DNA of 41,928 bases, from the sequence record DRR378314_35; one strand, 5' to 3'. The translations under genes and the position numbers were made by a program. Positions 9,901-17,708 of the stretch are shown in pieces. Under the pieces are notes generated by a model. That model had not been told where the DNA came from. It searched no databases and saw nothing but the letters and a program-made list of their open reading frames with translations. Numbering within the stretch: the stretch's first letter is position 1; each line of letters begins with the position of its first letter.

Positions 9901-10100
9901 ACAACAGATTCAATGCATTGCAACGTAGCATTGAGAATGGGGATGCAAGACCAACTGATGCCGCCTATGTGGTGTTTGATGAGCTTACGGCAGAGTTGGA
10001 CAGTCATATGTCCAAACTGAACAGCACATTGGACAGAGAGCTTCCAAAAGTGAATGCTATTTTGAAAGATAATGGAATATCGACCATCGAGGCCAACTAG
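6984..10100 (+). CDS. Secreted VPS10/BNR (Asp-box) beta-propeller protein, putative glycosyl hydrolase
   Basis: Signal IYA|Q; WRNIGP; about 11 Asp-box motifs (e.g. KTVDGGNTW, KSTDGGETW, KTHDYGKTW); helical C-terminal tail. Confidence 0.88.
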   Translation: MRIPTTSTKIWVLLSIFFSTLFIYAQNASPITIDTSFYSGFEWRNIGPNRGGRSLGAAGSPSRPNEYYFGATGGGLWKTVDGGNTWKSVTDGQITSSSVGAVAVAETNPDVVYIGMGETQLRGSITQGDGVYKTTDGGKTWTHLGLEETQAISRVRVDPTNENIVYVAALGHPYGENEERGVFKSVDGGKTWKKVLYVSDKAGAADLIIDRNNPNILYASTWQVYRKAWKMWGGGPDSKLWKSTDGGETWTDLTQNQGMPEGPIGKIGVTVSPVDSNRVWAIVEANEGGVFRSDDAGKTWELTNNERKLRQRAFYYSRIYADPKDKDVVYGLNVGFFKSTDGGKTFDERITTPHSDNHDLWIDPNNPDRMINANDGGGVVSINGGKTWTEQDYPTSQFYHVMATSDVPYHVAGAQQDNSTLAMPSDGWDFMQARGPSSEWYYAVGGGESGWITQSPTNPDIFYAGSQGALLTRYDRSNGQTRDIQVYPRFFSGEPASALPERWQWTFPIMFAPKDPNVMYTCSQHVWKTTNDGQTWEKISPDLTYADPETLGKTGGVITMDMNGPEIYATVFALAPSNHDINTIWAGSDDGKIHITRDGGENWEDITPEELPKYSRVSIIEESIHNPGTLYVAANRYQVDDRAPYVFKTHDYGKTWTKIITGIKDGHFARAIREDHKREGLLFLATEHGVYFSINDGEEWQSLQLNLPDTPIRDLVIKDNDVVLGSHGRGFWILDDIQPFREYSEDLKSQKNVLFKPTDAIRGIYKANFQYYLEEQVDTVTFSVFDADNNLIESFGGNQPEYEKDDNASWWSRGNSTKPTTAKGINTFTWNLRYPGPTTFDGIIIWGASATTGPKAPLGTYTIQMKVGEEVIKSYPFEIEMDPNLKGITAEDLQKQFELASKITDKATIANEAVIQIRSIRKQMDSLGKGVSSRKFKKLSEDFMGTLTEIEEDLYQTKNQSGQDPLNFPIKLNNRFNALQRSIENGDARPTDAAYVVFDELTAELDSHMSKLNSTLDRELPKVNAILKDNGISTIEAN

Positions 10101-10117
10101 CCGCTCATGGTTTTTAA

Positions 10118-10138
10118 AAATGAGACTTATTCTAAATT
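10118..10138. promoter_or_regulatory. Possible Fur-family operator upstream of czc leader
   Basis: Imperfect 7-1-7 inverted repeat TGAGACT-T-ATTCTAA with AT-paired flanks, about 50 nt before the leader ORF. Confidence 0.4.
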
Positions 10139-10190
10139 AAGCCCTATTATTGATCCTGCTACGTAATATTCGTAACTTTACGTAGTTAGG

Positions 10191-10592
10191 ATGAATAAAA
10201 TAGTTATCATAGGGATATCCCTGCTGTTATTGCTTCAGAGCTCCAACGTCCATTTTAAGGATTTGGTGGAGCTTGGACAATTGGTGGAGCACTACCAATT
10301 CCACAATAAGGAATATGGTGATAACTTTATGGTTTTTGTATCCAAGCACTACGGAGAGCTCAAAGCTTCCCACAGTGAAAAACACCAAGAGGAGAAAAAA
10401 GAGCACGAAAAACTTCCATTTCAACATCATCAAGCCCCCTGCGCACAACCATTGGTCTTTGTGCTGGGGCAGGAAAACTTTATTAATTCTTATTCGGAAA
10501 TTCCTTTGGCCTCCAAAGGGAATTTTCACTATCAAATGTCTTACTCCCTCATTTGGGGAGACGACCCATTCCAACCGCCCAAAAACGCATAA
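10191..10592 (+). CDS. His-rich secreted/membrane leader protein upstream of czcA, ending FQPPKNA
   Basis: N-terminal hydrophobic signal; EHYQFH, KHYG, HSEKH, HEKLPFQHH; C-terminal QPP. Confidence 0.8.
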   Translation: MNKIVIIGISLLLLLQSSNVHFKDLVELGQLVEHYQFHNKEYGDNFMVFVSKHYGELKASHSEKHQEEKKEHEKLPFQHHQAPCAQPLVFVLGQENFINSYSEIPLASKGNFHYQMSYSLIWGDDPFQPPKNA

Positions 10593-10674
10593 TTCATAGT
10601 ATTTCGGGTTTGTTGAACACCTTTTAGCAAGCCTAACTCCATTTTAATAATGCTATCATTTTCTATGAATCATG
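10588..10674 (+). promoter_or_regulatory. Structured intercistronic RNA predicted to sequester the czcA AUG
   Basis: CATAATTCATAG (10588-10599) is complementary at 11/12 positions to CTATGAATCATG (10663-10674); nested 12-bp stem 10606-10617/10623-10634 with G-U pairs. Confidence 0.55.
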
Positions 10675-13600
10675 TTTTCAAAAATTATAAGTTTTAGTAT
10701 AAGGAACAAATTCATTGTTCTACTCTTTACAGCTGCTATAGCCCTGGTCGGGTTGTACTCGCTATCACAAATACCTATCGGGGCCGTTCCCGATGTTACC
10801 AACAACCAAGTTCAGGTTATTACAACCTCAAGGAGCCTCTCTACCCAGGATATGGAAAAATTTGTGACCTATCCAGTAGAATTGGAAATGGCAAATTTAC
10901 CGGGCGTTAAGGAAATCCGTTCCGTGTCCAAGTTTGGCCTTTCGGTGGTCACCATCGTTTTTGAGGACGATATGGGCACCTTTTTGCCACGGCAGCTCAT
11001 AGCCGAAAAAATAAAATCCGCATCCAGCCGAATCCCTGAAGGATTTGGAAGCCCTGAGATGGGACCCATCACAACGGGCTTGGGAGAAATCTATCAATAT
11101 ATTCTAGATGTAGTACCCGAATATAAAGATCAGTATTCCCCTATGGAGCTACGAACTATTCAAGACTGGATTGTAAAACGTCAGCTTTCAGGTATTCCTG
11201 GCGTGGTCGAGGTCAATACTTGGGGTGGACACTTAAAGCAATACGAGGTGGCTATCCAGACCCAAAAATTGAACGCCTTCAACATTACCGCTAAAGAAGT
11301 GTTCACCGCTTTAGAAAAAAACAATAGCGTTACCGGTGGTGGTTATATTGAAAAAGTAAACCAAGCCTATTTTATTCGTGGTGAAGGGTTGGTAAGCAGC
11401 CTAAAGGATATCGAAAATATAGTGGTAACTACCCGAAACAGTATCCCTATTTATATTAAGGATGTGGCCAAAGTTGGTTTTGGCAGTGCACCACGGTTTG
11501 GAGCCATTACTGGTAATGGAGAAGGCGAAAAAGTGCTCGGGCAGATTATGATGCTAAAAGATGCCGATTCCAAACGGGTAATAGAAGCCGTAAAAGAAAG
11601 GGTTGCCGCCATTTCCAAATCATTGCCCGAAGGCGTTTATATTAATCCGTTTTTGGACCGTAGTGAACTCATTGGAAGGACAACATTCACCGTAACCGAG
11701 AACTTGGTCTTGGGGTGCTTGATCGTCATTTTTGTGGTGGTCTTGCTCTTGGGCAACTGGCGTTCGGGCCTTGTAGTGGCATCGGTAATTCCACTATGTT
11801 TGCTGTTCGCACTGACCTTGATGAACCTTTTTGGTGTGGATGCCAACTTGTTGAGCCTTGGTGCGATTGATTTCGGTATCATTATAGATGGTGCGGTCAT
11901 TATTGTGGAATACATTGCTTTCCAAATTACCCAAAAGAAAGGACAGCTTGCCAATCTGGGAAAAAATGAAACGCAAGCCATCAAGGATACCATAACATTG
12001 GAAGGTGCCACGAAAATGATGAACTCCGCAGTCTTTGGGCAGCTTATCATCTTGATTGTCTTCATCCCTATTCTTTCACTGAGCGGTGTGGAGGGCAAAA
12101 TGTTTAAGCCTATGGCCTTGACGTTTAGCTTTGCCTTGTTAGGGGCAATTCTTTTGTGTTTTACTTATGTGCCCGTTGCATCGGCCATGTTCCTGAAGCC
12201 ATCCAAAGAATCTGCAAAAAGTATCTCCACACGTTTGGTCAACTGGATCAATAAGCAATATGGGCCTGTCATCGAATGGGCCATGAAGAGTAAAAAATTG
12301 GTGCTTTCATTAGCGGCCGCATTGTTGGTTGGAGCTGTTTTACTGTTCTCTTCCATGGGAGGTGAATTTGTACCCACATTGGATGAAGGTGACTTTGTAA
12401 TACAACCTGTATTGAAAACGGGCACCTCTTTGTCTAAAACAGTGGAAACTACCACGAAAATCGAACAGATATTAATAGATCAATTTCCCGAAGTAAAACA
12501 GGTAGTAAGTCGTATTGGTGCCGCGGAAGTACCAACGGACCCCATGTCCATGGAAGAAAGCGACGTAATCATTTCACTTATACCAAAAAGTGAATGGACA
12601 TCTGCCGAGACCAAGGACGAACTAGCGGATAAGTTCAAGCAAGCCCTATCAGTAATCCCAGGGATGGAGGTGGAATTTACCCAGCCCATTGAAATGCGAT
12701 TCAATGAATTGATTACCGGGGTAAGGGCCGATATTGCCATCAAAATCTTTGGTGAAAATCTGGAAACCTTGAACAAAAAGGCCAACGAAATCAAAGATCT
12801 CATCCAAAATGTGGAGGGAGCCTCCGATATTGTTGTGGAAAAAGTGGAAGGTCTTCCGCAAATGAACGTTTCCTTTGACAGGGCCAAAATTGCCCGCCAC
12901 GGACTCAACATAGCCGACCTCAACGAAATGATTTCCATGGGATTCGCAGGAAAAGTGGTTGGTAGTGTATTTGAGGGCGAGCGACAGTTTGATTTGGCCG
13001 TTCGTTTGGATTCCGAGAACCGTCAAGATATTTCTAACTTAAAAAACCTTTATGTGGATATTCCCAACGGTGGAAAAATTCCAATGAGCGAACTGGCCGA
13101 TATCACCTACCAAAAAGGTGCGGCAAAAATCTCTCGTGACGATACAAAAAGAAGAATCGTTATCGGTATCAACGTAAGGAACCGAGACCTTCAATCTGTG
13201 GTGGACGACGTGCAACTCTTGGTCAACGAAAACATCACATTACCCCCGGGCTACACCATCACCTATGGTGGTCAGTTTGAAAATCTTCAAAATGCGAAAG
13301 CCAGATTAATGGTTGCCGTACCCATTGCCTTGTTGCTCATCTTTATCATGCTCTATTTTGCTTTTGGTTCGGTGAAAGAAGCTTTGCTCATTTTCTCGGC
13401 CATTCCATTATCTGCCGTTGGAGGTGTGCTTTTGCTTTGGTTACGGGATATGCCATTTAGCATTTCTGCCGGGGTCGGCTTTATCGCCCTTTTTGGTATT
13501 GCAGTACTAAATGGAATTGTATTGATCGAACATTTCAAAGAACTCAAGGGAAATGATTTTGATTCGATGGAAAACCTCATCAAACAGGGAACCAAAGATA

Positions 13601-15018
13601 GGCTCCGTGCCGTATTACTGACCGCCTCTGCAGCTGCCCTAGGTTTCTTGCCCATGGCGGTATCCACAAACGCGGGTGCCGAAGTACAACGACCGCTTGC
13701 TACCGTCGTCATCGGTGGATTGGTAACGGCAACGATGCTCACCTTGGTGGTTTTGCCCGTGTTATATACGTATTCACACAATATTAAGTTTCGTGGGATG
13801 AGAAAAAGAAGAAAAGACCGTAAAGCGAACAAGAGCGCTTTGACCATTATGCTAATCTTGATGGCCACGCCAGGATTTTCGCAAACTAAATTGAATCTCG
13901 AAGATTTAATGGCGCTTGCCCTTGAAAACAATAAGGGAATCCAAGCAGAATCCTTACTGGTAGATCAGGCAGAAACCCTTAAAGGAACTGCTTTTGAGTT
14001 TGATAAAACAGATATTTACTACCAATATGATGAAAACAATTTGGCATTGAACGGAGAACCGCTCAAGGTTTTTGGTGCGCAACAACAGTTTGAGTTCCCT
14101 ACGGTGTATGGAGCAAAAAATAGGCTTCAAAAATCGAACTATGAGCTTCAAAAATCATCGTTCGAAATAAAAAAGAAGCAACTGTACCAAAGCTTGAGCA
14201 TGGCCTACTATCAATACCAGACCTTGAACCAAAAAGCAAGGCTTTACGCTTCGCTGGACAGTATTTACAGCAAATTTGCGCACGCAGCCGACCGACGTTT
14301 TGAACTCGGGGAGACCAATTATCTGGAAAAGGTGACAGCCACGGCCAAACAACGGCAAATTGCCAACACCTATTCCAAGATACAGCAGCAACTACTCACC
14401 ACCTATAATCAGATTGTGAGTTTGGTGCAAAGTGAGGACACCTTGGAAATTGTGGATGAAGAAACACAAAAACTTAGGGTGTTGAATGCGGAAGGAATGT
14501 TGGAAACGGAAACTTCCTTTTTGGACAACCGCCAAGAACTGAGCAATGCCCAAAAGAGTCTGGAGGAAAATAGATTGCTGCCCGACCTGAACCTGGAGTA
14601 TTTTCAAGGGACCAACAAGGGCTTGGGAACATCGCTCTACGGTATTCAGCTGGGTGTTCGTATTCCCCTTTTCTTCTTTGGGCACAGTAGCAAGGTGAAA
14701 TCGTCCAAGATCCAGACCAAGATCACGGAGATGCAGAATACCGAAATTACTGTTGCGATGAACCAGCGTTACAAAACCTTGTTGGGACAATTGGAACAAC
14801 AGGCCAAGGAACTGTCCTATTACGAAGATGAAGGCGGTCATCTTTCCGATCAAATTTTGAAAGCGGCCTCTGGAAACTTTCAAAATGGGGAAATCGACTT
14901 TTTCCAATACATTCAAAGTTTGGAAAATGCGTACGAGATCCAACTCAATTATCTGGATGTGCTCAACGAATACAATCAAACTGTAATCGCCATTAACTAC
15001 TTGACAATAACATTATAA
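10672..15018 (+). CDS. czcA: CusA/CzcA-family heavy-metal RND permease fused to C-terminal TolC-like outer-membrane factor
   Basis: AVPDVTNNQVQV, GPITTGLGEI, DFGIIIDGAVIIVE (CzcA-type), GAEVQRPLATVVIGG; residues ~1071-1448 have OEP repeats (RFELGETNYLE, FQNGEIDFFQY). Confidence 0.93.
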   Translation: MFSKIISFSIRNKFIVLLFTAAIALVGLYSLSQIPIGAVPDVTNNQVQVITTSRSLSTQDMEKFVTYPVELEMANLPGVKEIRSVSKFGLSVVTIVFEDDMGTFLPRQLIAEKIKSASSRIPEGFGSPEMGPITTGLGEIYQYILDVVPEYKDQYSPMELRTIQDWIVKRQLSGIPGVVEVNTWGGHLKQYEVAIQTQKLNAFNITAKEVFTALEKNNSVTGGGYIEKVNQAYFIRGEGLVSSLKDIENIVVTTRNSIPIYIKDVAKVGFGSAPRFGAITGNGEGEKVLGQIMMLKDADSKRVIEAVKERVAAISKSLPEGVYINPFLDRSELIGRTTFTVTENLVLGCLIVIFVVVLLLGNWRSGLVVASVIPLCLLFALTLMNLFGVDANLLSLGAIDFGIIIDGAVIIVEYIAFQITQKKGQLANLGKNETQAIKDTITLEGATKMMNSAVFGQLIILIVFIPILSLSGVEGKMFKPMALTFSFALLGAILLCFTYVPVASAMFLKPSKESAKSISTRLVNWINKQYGPVIEWAMKSKKLVLSLAAALLVGAVLLFSSMGGEFVPTLDEGDFVIQPVLKTGTSLSKTVETTTKIEQILIDQFPEVKQVVSRIGAAEVPTDPMSMEESDVIISLIPKSEWTSAETKDELADKFKQALSVIPGMEVEFTQPIEMRFNELITGVRADIAIKIFGENLETLNKKANEIKDLIQNVEGASDIVVEKVEGLPQMNVSFDRAKIARHGLNIADLNEMISMGFAGKVVGSVFEGERQFDLAVRLDSENRQDISNLKNLYVDIPNGGKIPMSELADITYQKGAAKISRDDTKRRIVIGINVRNRDLQSVVDDVQLLVNENITLPPGYTITYGGQFENLQNAKARLMVAVPIALLLIFIMLYFAFGSVKEALLIFSAIPLSAVGGVLLLWLRDMPFSISAGVGFIALFGIAVLNGIVLIEHFKELKGNDFDSMENLIKQGTKDRLRAVLLTASAAALGFLPMAVSTNAGAEVQRPLATVVIGGLVTATMLTLVVLPVLYTYSHNIKFRGMRKRRKDRKANKSALTIMLILMATPGFSQTKLNLEDLMALALENNKGIQAESLLVDQAETLKGTAFEFDKTDIYYQYDENNLALNGEPLKVFGAQQQFEFPTVYGAKNRLQKSNYELQKSSFEIKKKQLYQSLSMAYYQYQTLNQKARLYASLDSIYSKFAHAADRRFELGETNYLEKVTATAKQRQIANTYSKIQQQLLTTYNQIVSLVQSEDTLEIVDEETQKLRVLNAEGMLETETSFLDNRQELSNAQKSLEENRLLPDLNLEYFQGTNKGLGTSLYGIQLGVRIPLFFFGHSSKVKSSKIQTKITEMQNTEITVAMNQRYKTLLGQLEQQAKELSYYEDEGGHLSDQILKAASGNFQNGEIDFFQYIQSLENAYEIQLNYLDVLNEYNQTVIAINYLTITL

Positions 15019-15020
15019 CA

Positions 15021-16148
15021 ATGAAAAATATACTTCAAATAGCCGCTGTTTTCCTTCTATTGATGGGCTGTGGCAATAAAAACAACAAAGAATCAGCCTC
15101 TGAAGGGCAAGGAGAAGAAACAGGAATCGTGGTCACGCAAGAGCAATTCGACACCAATGATCTCACTGTTGGTCCAATGGAAAAAAGAACTTTCCCCAAA
15201 ATGGTGGAGACTTCTGGAATGATAGATGTGCCCCCCGAAAACCGAGCTAGCGTTATGGCCTTTATGGGCGGTTTTGTGAAACAGACGTCGCTGTTGGTTG
15301 GTGACAAAGTAAAAAAAGGACAGCTTTTGGTGGTTTTGGAAAATCAGGAGTTTTTGAAGATGCAGCAAGAATATATGGAGGTTTTCAATCAGTTGGATTA
15401 TTTAAAAGCAGAATTTGAACGAAACGAAACGCTTTTTGAAGAGAAAATAGCCTCGCAAAAGAACTTTCTTCAGGCCAAGAGCAATTATGAAACAGCCAAG
15501 GCACGTTACCAAGGCTTGCAGGAGCAATTGCAAATGCTTAACATTTCTCCTAGCAAGGTGGAACAAGGGAATATTTCGTCGCAAGCCGCCATTTATGCCC
15601 CTATTTCGGGAAGCATCACAAAAATGAACGTTGCCAAAGGAAGTTATGTTTCCTCCGCTACCGAGATTTTGGAGATTGTGAGCAATGAGCATGTGCACTT
15701 GGAACTCACCGTTTTTGAAAAGGATATCCTAAAGGTGAAGAAGGGACAAAAAATACAATTTAGGATTACTGAAGCCTCCGAAGAAGCATTTAATGGTGAA
15801 GTTTACTTGGTGGGCACCTCTATTGACGATGCCAAAAGATCTATTAAAGTACACGGGCATCTGGAACATGAGGAAGAGGCGAACTTCCTGCCCGGTATGT
15901 TCGTAGATGCCAAGATTATGACGGACACCATCAAAACCCTCTCTTTGCCGGAAGAAGCAGTAATTGAATCCGAGGGGACTTCCTACGTGTTGAAATTGGT
16001 AAATAAACAAGGTGCAGGCTATACTTTTGAACGTATCGCCGTTAAACAAGGTAATACCTATGATGGTTATACCGAAATCATCTCAACAGAATTGAACAAA
16101 ACCGATCAGTTTTTGACCAAAGGTGTTTTTGATTTGATCGGGGGATAG
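15021..16148 (+). CDS. Efflux RND periplasmic adaptor (CzcB-like lipoprotein)
   Basis: Lipobox LMGC; lipoyl halves GDKVKKGQLL and IYAPISG around a coiled-coil hairpin. Confidence 0.92.
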   Translation: MKNILQIAAVFLLLMGCGNKNNKESASEGQGEETGIVVTQEQFDTNDLTVGPMEKRTFPKMVETSGMIDVPPENRASVMAFMGGFVKQTSLLVGDKVKKGQLLVVLENQEFLKMQQEYMEVFNQLDYLKAEFERNETLFEEKIASQKNFLQAKSNYETAKARYQGLQEQLQMLNISPSKVEQGNISSQAAIYAPISGSITKMNVAKGSYVSSATEILEIVSNEHVHLELTVFEKDILKVKKGQKIQFRITEASEEAFNGEVYLVGTSIDDAKRSIKVHGHLEHEEEANFLPGMFVDAKIMTDTIKTLSLPEEAVIESEGTSYVLKLVNKQGAGYTFERIAVKQGNTYDGYTEIISTELNKTDQFLTKGVFDLIGG

Positions 16149-16151
16149 CAT

Positions 16152-16973
16152 TTACCCCAGTCCTACATCCAGTGTCATCATAATTATAAATCCACCGATA
16201 AAACCCATAGTGGCGATATCGGTGTATTTGTCTTGTTGGGTCTCGGGAATCACCTCCTCGACCACTACAAAAATCATGGCACCCGCGGCAAACGAAAGGG
16301 CATAAGGAAGAATGGGCTCAAAAGTAAGAACTGCCCAAGCCCCCAATACCCCTGCAATGGGTTCTACCAAGGCCGAGGCCTGACCGTACATCCAACTTTT
16401 TCTTCTACTGAGACCATGCCTACGCATAGGTACGGCAACGGCAAAACCTTCTGGAAAGTTTTGCAAACCGATACCCAAGGCCAAAGCTACAGCACCACCA
16501 ATGGTTGCGCCCTCAAAGCCAGAAGCTACACCCCCAAATAGGACACCTACCGCCAATCCTTCGGGAATATTGTGCAAGGTAATGGCCAAGACCAGTAGCG
16601 TGGTGCGGTGCCAGGGCGTCTTTACCCCTTCTGCTTCGTCCATTTTAAAATTGATGTGCAAATGGGGTAAAATTTTATCAAGCCCAAAAATAAAGGCAGC
16701 ACCCATTAAAAAGCCGACAGCTGCTGGAATCACCTTAACAAAACCGTCGCCGGGACTCATTTCAATGCCTGGTGCCAAAAGACTCCAAAAACTGGCGGCG
16801 ACCATAACACCTCCCGTAAAGCCCAACATTCCATCCAACAAGGCCCGATTTGGATTTTTGAACAAAAAAACCAGACCTGCCCCGGCAGCAGTCAACCCCC
16901 ATGTAAAAAGCGTCGCATACAACGCGGCCAATACCGGGTCTATTTCTTGAAAATAATGAATTACTTGTTCCAT
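16152..16973 (-). CDS. ZIP family (ZupT/GufA-like) divalent metal importer
   Basis: ITLHNIPEG and LQNFPEG metal-site motifs; AAGAMIFVVVEEVIPE. Confidence 0.93.
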   Translation of the reverse strand: MEQVIHYFQEIDPVLAALYATLFTWGLTAAGAGLVFLFKNPNRALLDGMLGFTGGVMVAASFWSLLAPGIEMSPGDGFVKVIPAAVGFLMGAAFIFGLDKILPHLHINFKMDEAEGVKTPWHRTTLLVLAITLHNIPEGLAVGVLFGGVASGFEGATIGGAVALALGIGLQNFPEGFAVAVPMRRHGLSRRKSWMYGQASALVEPIAGVLGAWAVLTFEPILPYALSFAAGAMIFVVVEEVIPETQQDKYTDIATMGFIGGFIIMMTLDVGLG

Positions 16974-17629
16974 TAATCGTTCTTTTTTACGTAAAGGTTA
17001 GACGCTATTTGATGTGATATCCGCATTTCCTTGCCCTCCATTTGAATACGCAGGGAATTATCAAAATCTTCTTTGTCCATTACTTTGATTGTGTTTCCCA
17101 AGGCAATATTGTTTTTATCCAAGAATTTGAGAAAGGGTACAGAGGAATCCTTAACCCCAACACATACTCCTTTGGAATTGATGGCCATTTCGCTGAGCAA
17201 TTTTTCATCACGCTCTTGGAACTTTCCATCCTTGGTGGGAATTGGATCGCCGTGAGGGTCATATTTGGGGAAATTCAGGAGTTCATCAATCTTGTCAACC
17301 AATTTTTCACTTTTAATGTGCTCCAATTGCTCGGCCACCTCATGTACCTCATCCCAGGTAAAATCTAATTTTTCCACTAAGAAAACCTCCCATAATCGGT
17401 GCTTTCTAATAATGGACAAAGCTGTTTTCACCCCTGCATCGGTCAATGAAATGCCTTGGTACCGGACATAATCCACCAATCCTTTTTCCGATAATTTCTT
17501 GGCCATGTCGGTTACGGAAGATGGTTTTGTTTCCATTTGCTCCGCAATAGCATTGGTAGTTATGGACTTGGAATCGCCACCACCTAAATGAAAAATTGTC
17601 TTTAAATAATTCTCCTCCGATCTAGTCAT
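16973..17629 (-). CDS. mntR: DtxR/MntR-family metal-dependent transcriptional regulator with C-terminal FeoA-like domain
   Basis: Start ATG 17629: MTRSEENYLKTIF; RKHRLWEVFL; EAEQLEH-like EVAEQLEH; DPHGDPIP; stop overlaps the ZIP start (TAATG). Confidence 0.9.
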   Translation of the reverse strand: MTRSEENYLKTIFHLGGGDSKSITTNAIAEQMETKPSSVTDMAKKLSEKGLVDYVRYQGISLTDAGVKTALSIIRKHRLWEVFLVEKLDFTWDEVHEVAEQLEHIKSEKLVDKIDELLNFPKYDPHGDPIPTKDGKFQERDEKLLSEMAINSKGVCVGVKDSSVPFLKFLDKNNIALGNTIKVMDKEDFDNSLRIQMEGKEMRISHQIASNLYVKKND

Positions 17630-17673
17630 CAAAAAATATTTTTCCAAAAATACATTTTTATTTAACAAAATCT

Positions 17674-17695
17674 ATTTTTAGTTTTGTCTAAATTT
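17674..17695. promoter_or_regulatory. Putative DtxR/MntR operator in divergent promoter
   Basis: TTTAG-N6-CTAAA palindrome (17677-17692) between mntR and the TonB receptor. Confidence 0.6.
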
Positions 17696-17708
17696 AATTT
17701 TACATACA

